Assembly: GCF_040938485.1 (NCBI RefSeq)
Contig: NW_027271853.1
Span: forward strand, 806,001 to 870,000
DNA from: Diadema antillarum
Lineage: Eukaryota
Direction of reading: 5' to 3'
DNA: 64,000 nt
The translations under genes and the position numbers were made by a program. Each line of letters begins with the position of its first letter. The first letter of the stretch is position 1. A model generated the notes under the pieces. The model had not been told where the DNA came from. It did not search any database and saw nothing but the letters and a program-made list of their open reading frames with translations. Of the stretch, positions 58,616 to 64,000 are shown one piece after another.

Positions 58616-60388
58616 CAGTGGCGTATCTGGGGGGGGGGGGGGGCAAGGGGGCACGTGAAAAAAAAAAAAACGAGAAAAAAGAAGAAGAAGAAGAAGAAAA
58701 AAAAAAAAACCCTCGCCCGGACGGGGGGAAGGAGAATGGGGGGGGGGGGGGGGGGGGGGCAGAAAACCAAATCAACAAGATAAAAACAAAACATGAATTC
58801 CATGTTTTGTAACGCTGAAATATAAAAATTTTCGGCTCGCTCGCTGCGCCCGCTCGCCAAAATTTATCCAAAAAAAAAATAAGAAGAACAAAACGTAATG
58901 ATGACGTGGAAATATAAAAATTTCGGCTCACTCACTCGTAGTAAGTAATTTTCCAAGTCCTTAGTTTGCTGGCATAAATCGTTATCTATGAAGCCGTCAC
59001 TATATCTTGATTAGAATTGTAAGATTTAATAACCAAAAAATGACAAGAATTCCATGTTTTTTAAGGTGAAATACAAAAATTGTCGGCTCGCTCGCTGCGC
59101 TCGCTCGCCAAAATTTATCAAAATTTATCAGATTTTATATCACCCTCAAAAAAACCCTTTTAAGTGCTCGAAAAAGCATATCAAGGGGGACTTTTTTTAA
59201 GTCCCTACCGGGATGGGATTGGGGTTGAACACTGTTGGTATAAATCGTTATCTATAAGACCGTCACTACATCTTGATTAGAATTGTCATTCGAAGATTTA
59301 ATAACCAAAAATGACAAGAATTCCATGTTTTGTAAGCTGAAATACAAAAATTTTCGGCTCGCTCGCTGCACTCGCTGGCCAAAATTCTTCAATATCTATT
59401 ACATTTAAAACACCCTCAAATGACCCCTTCTATAAGTGCTTGAAAAAGCACATCATGTGGACTTTTTTTTAAGTCTCTACCGGGATGGGGTTGGACACTG
59501 TTGGTACAAATCGTTATCTATAAGGCCGTCACTATGATTAGAGTTGTAATTCGAAGATTTAATAACCAAAAATGACAAGAATTCCATGTTATGTATAAAG
59601 CTGAAATAAAAAAAAAATTCGGCTCGCTTGCTGCGCTCGCTCGCCAAAATATATCAAAATTTAGGGTTGCCTATTACATTTAAATCACCCTCAAAAGACC
59701 CCTCTCAAGTGCTTCAAAAACCATATCATGAGGACTTTTTTTAAGTCCCTACCGGGATGGGATTGGGGTTGAACACTGTTGGTATAAATCGTTATCTATA
59801 AGACCGTCACTACATCTTGATTAGAATTGTCATTCGAAGATTTAATAACCAAAAATGACAAGAATTCCATGTTTTGTAAGCTGAAATACAAAAATTTTCG
59901 GCTCGCTCGCTGCACTCGCTGGCCAAAATTCTTCAATATCTATTACATTTAAAACACCCTCAAATGACCCCTTCTATAAGTGCTTGAAAAAGCACATCAT
60001 GTGGACTTTTTTTAAGTCTCTACCGGGATGGGGTTGGACACTGTTGGTACAAATCGTTATCTATAAGGCCGTCACTATGATTAGAGTTGTAATTCGAAGA
60101 TTTAATAACCAAAAATGACAAGAATTCCATGTTATGTATAAAGCTGAAATAAAAAAAAAAATTCGGCTCGCTTGCTGCGCTCGCTCGCCAAAATATATCA
60201 AAATTTAGGGTTGCCTATTACATTTAAATCACCCTCAAAAGACCCCTCTCAAGTGCTTCAAAAACCATATCATGAGGACTCTTTTAAAGTCCCTACCGGG
60301 ATGGGGTTGGGGTTGAACACTTTTTCAGAAATTAGGGGCGCAATTTTCGCGCTTGCCACGGGCGCCGTTTTCCCTAGATACGCCACTG
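58616..60388. mobile_element. Complete hAT-like non-autonomous element (1773 bp) with an internal tandem array
   Basis: 13-bp perfect TIR CAGTGGCGTATCT; exact 8-bp target-site duplication ACTACCAA (58608-58615 and 60389-60396); about six internal 250-280-bp units, including a near-identical ~545-bp duplication. Confidence 0.9.
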
Positions 60389-61010
60389 ACTACCAAGTAC
60401 AGTCAGTATAGTAGCCTACTGGAAGCAGCAAGCTCTGGAAGCTCTGGAAGTAGCATTGCTATACTCAATGTAATTAGTAATAACACATGGACTTGGTAAT
60501 CGACATGAAAGGATGATCAAGAAAAAAAGATATTTTTCTAAGATTTCTTTTAACCATATAATTAAAGAGGTATAACATTGTTCAAAAAGCCCGGAGACGA
60601 CAAAAGATTGTGATTCAGCGTGATTCCTGGTTGGCATTTTGAATACAAGCAGGATGTGCGCAGTGTACTCAGAATATCGGAATGGCAAGAAGAGTCGCTG
60701 CAATGTTGCGCAATGTTTGATAGGTTGTACACATTTGCTATCAAAGCTTGATCATTGATTTTGCAGTGTTGCTTTACATACTAGTCTATATTAAAATGCC
60801 TTGCATTGCCAATAATAAGACTTGACCTTGGCCATTTCCTAACTTTTCCATCTATATGAAACGCACACACTCACAAACACAAACAAATTAGGGGATGCTC
60901 TATATAAAGTGCAGATTTTGGACATCCTTCTCCCGCTTGGTCACTTCGACGCCCCCTCGCTGGTCATACCTCCCCCAATCATGAACATTAACCGACACCC
61001 TTGACTATAC

Positions 61011-64000
61011 CAGTGGCGGATCCAGGGGGCGCACCGGGTGCCCCCTCCCTCCAATGCGAAAAAAATATAGCTACAAACGACAGTTTTTGGACGGTAAAAT
61101 GTCAAAATTTTCAAGCTCGCTCGCTTCGCTCGCTCGCATTTAACCGTTATAATATGCCATTCTCCTGATGTTACTGCCAGTAATTACCAGCAGCTGCGCC
61201 CGGTGCGCCCCCCCCCCCCCCGAATTTCCAAAGCGAAAAATAAAGCTACAAACGGCAGTTTGGGGACTGTAAAATGTCAAAATTTTCAAGCTCGCTCGCT
61301 TCGCTCGCTCGCATTTAATCGTTATGCAATTCTCCTGATGTTGCTGTCAGTAATTGCCAGCAGTTGCGCCCGGTGCGCCCCCTCCCCTTAATTTCTAAAG
61401 CGAAAAAATATAGCTCAAACGGCAGTTTTGGGACTGTAAAATGTCAAAATTTTCAAGCTCGCTCGCTTCGCTCGCTCGCATTTAATCGTTATGCAATTCT
61501 CCTGATGTTGCTGTCAGTAATTGCCAGCAGTTGCGCCTGGTGCGCCCCCTCCCCTTAATTTCTAAAGCGAAAAAATATAGCTACAAACGGCAGTTTTGGG
61601 ACTGTAAAATGTCAAAAATTTCAAGCTCGCTCGCTTCGCTCGCTCGCATTTAACCGTTATATGCCATTCTCCTGATGTTACTGCAAGTAATTGCCAGCAG
61701 TTGCGCCTGGTGCGCCCCCCCCCCCCGAATTTCCAAAGCGAAAAAATATAGCTGCAAACGGCAGTTTGGGGACTGTAAAATGTCAAAATTTTCAAGCTCG
61801 CTCGCTTCGCTCGCTTGCATTTAATCGTTATGCAATTCTCCTGACGGTGCCTGATGTTGCTGTCAGTAGTTGCCAGCAGTTGCGCCTGGTGCGCCCCCTC
61901 CCCTTAATTTCTAAAGCGAAAAAATATAGCTACAAACGGCAGTTTTGGGACTGTAAAATGTCAAAATTTTCAAGCTCGCTCGCTTCGCTCGCTCGCATAA
62001 TCGTTATGCAATTCTCCTGATGTTGCTGTCAGTAATTGCCAGCAGTTGCGCCCGGTGCGCCCCCTCCCCTTAATTTCTAAAGCGAAAAAATATAGCTACA
62101 AACGGCAGTTTTGGGACTGTAAAATGTCAAAATTTTCAAGCTCGCTCGCTTCGCTCGCTCGCATAATCGTTATGCAATTCTCCTGATGTTGCTGTCAGTA
62201 ATTGCCAGCAGTTGCGCCCGGTGCGCCCCCTCCCCTTAATTTCTAAAGCGAAAAAATATAGCTACAAACGGCAGTTTTGGGACTGTAAAATGTCAAAATT
62301 TTCAAGCTCGCTCGCTTCGCTCGCTCGCATTTAATCGTTATGCAATTCTCCTGATGTTGCTGTCAGTAATTGCCAGCAGTTGCGCCTGGTGCGCCCCCTC
62401 CCCTTAATTTCTAAAGCGAAAAAATATAGCTACAAACGGCAGTTTTCGGACTGTAAAATGTCAAAAATTTCAAGTTCGCTCGCTTCGCTCGCTCGCATTT
62501 AACCGTTATATGCCATTCTCCTGATGTTACTGCAAGTAATTGCCAGCAGTTGCGCCCGGTGCGCCCCCCCCCCCCCCCCCCGAATTGCCAAAGCGAAAAA
62601 ATATAGCTACAAACGGCAGTTTGGGGACTGTAAAATGTCAAAATTTTCAAGCTCGCTCGCATTTAATCGTTATGCAATTCTCCTGATGTTGCTGTCAGTA
62701 ATTGCCAGCAGTTTCGCCCGGTGCGCCCCCCCCCCTTAATTTCTAAAGCGAAAAAATATAGCTACAAACGGCAGTTTTGGGACTGTAAAATGTCAAAATT
62801 TTCAAGCTCGCTCGCTTCGCTCGCTCGCATAATCGTTATGCAATTCTCCTGATGTTGCTGTCAGTAATTGCCAGCAGTTGCGCCCGGTGCGCCCCCTCCC
62901 CTTAATTTCTAAAGCGAAAAAATATAGCTACAAACGGCAGTTTTGGGACTGTAACATGTCAAAATTTTCAAGCTCGCTCGCTTCGCTCGCTCGCATTTAA
63001 TCGTTATGCAATTCTCCTGATGTTGCTGTCAGTAATTGCCAGCAGTTGCGCCTGGTGCGCCCCCTCCCCTTAATTTCTAAAGCGAAAAAATATAGCTACA
63101 AACGGCAGTTTTCGGACTGTAAAATGTCAAAAATTTCAAGTTCGCTCGCTTCGCTCGCTCGCATTTAACCGTTATATGCCATTCTCCTGATTTTACTGCA
63201 AGTAATTGCCAGCAGTTGCGCCCGGTGCGCCCCCCCCCCCCCCCCGAATTGCCAAAGCGAAAAAATATAGCTACAAACGGCAGTTTGGGGACTGTAAAAT
63301 GTCAAAATTTTCAAGCTCGCTCGCATTTAATCGTTATGCAATTCTCCTGATGTTGCTGTCAGTAATTGCCAGCAGTTTCGCCCGGTGCGCCCCCCCCCCT
63401 TAATTTCTAAAGCGAAAAAATATAGCTACAAACGGCAGTTTTGGGACTGTAAAATGTCAAAATTTTCAAGCTCGCTCGCTTCTCTCGCTCGCATAATCGT
63501 TATGCAATTCTCCTGATGTTGCTGTCAGTAATTGCCAGCAGTTGCGCCCGGTGCGCCCCCTCCCCTTAATTTCTAAAGCGAAAAAATATAGCTACAAACG
63601 GCAGTTTTGGGACTGTAAAATGTCAAAATTTTCAAGCTCGCTCGCTTCGCTCGCTCGCATTTAATCGTTATGCAATTCTCCTGATGTTGCTGTCAGTAAT
63701 TACCAGCAGTTGCGCCCGGTGCGCCCCCTCCCCTTAATTTCTAAAGCGAAAAAATATAGCTACAAACGGCAGTTTTGGGACTGTAAAATGTCAAAATTTT
63801 CAAGCTCGCTCGCTTCGCTCGCTCGCATTTTATCGTTATGCAATTCTCCTGATGTTGCTGTCAGTAATTGCCAGCAGTTGCGCCCGGTGCGCCCCCTCCC
63901 CTTAATTTCTAAGGCGAAAAAATATAGCTGCAAACGGCAGTTTGGGGACTGTAAAATGTCAAAATTTTCAAGCTCGCTCGCTTCGCTCGCTCGCATTTAA
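61011..64000. repeat. ~166-170-bp tandem satellite array (about 17-18 copies, truncated by the window end) starting at a hAT-like left end
   Basis: Begins CAGTGGCGGATCCAGGGGG at 61011. Monomer CAGTTGCGCCCGGTGCGCCCCCTCCCCTTAATTTCTAAAGCGAAAAAATATAGC..CTCGCTCGCTTCGCTCGCTCGC..; measured periods are 166 (62041 to 62207) and about 170. Confidence 0.92.

Noticed and set aside
58830-63995. Resemblance of (GCTC)n to the AAV Rep-binding element
   Set aside because: No rep/cap remnants or T-shaped ITR; hAT-type TIRs and an 8-bp duplication explain the context better.
61011-64000. CRISPR array or coding repeat
   Set aside because: Eukaryotic context, whole monomers are repeated with no unique spacers, there are no cas genes, and the ORFs are frameshifting repeat translations.

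Overview
Eukaryotic (animal) genomic DNA with AT-rich introns, GC-richer exons and two N gaps. An invertebrate deuterostome such as an echinoderm is my inference, not something the sequence proves. I assembled four spliced genes by hand from GT/AG sites and intron phases. (1) A complete 9-exon TRIM36/46-like gene (+, 2564-14012, 875 aa: RING, two B-boxes, coiled coil, COS, FN3, SPRY) with a 189-aa insertion splitting the RING. (2) A 5-exon secreted cathepsin L/papain-family gene (+, 19557-24472) whose catalytic Cys25 is replaced by Ser while His and Asn are kept, which is the silicatein-type triad. It has also lost both partners of the Cys22-Cys63 disulfide and the CxGG loop. Its active-site exon is not in the ORF track. 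This is the most interesting signal in the window. (3,4) Two intact 5-exon trypsin-specificity serine proteases (-, 33741-40800 and 45573-52458) produced by an old ~12-14 kb tandem duplication. Both have non-basic activation sites (Thr|IVGG and Ala|IVGG) and they differ strongly in charge. The rest is non-autonomous DNA transposons (Kolobok-, Harbinger-, hAT-, MULE- and Tc1/mariner-like), microsatellites, and a ~167-bp satellite array that starts inside a hAT-like end and runs off the window. No CRISPR array, rRNA or intact tRNA is supported.
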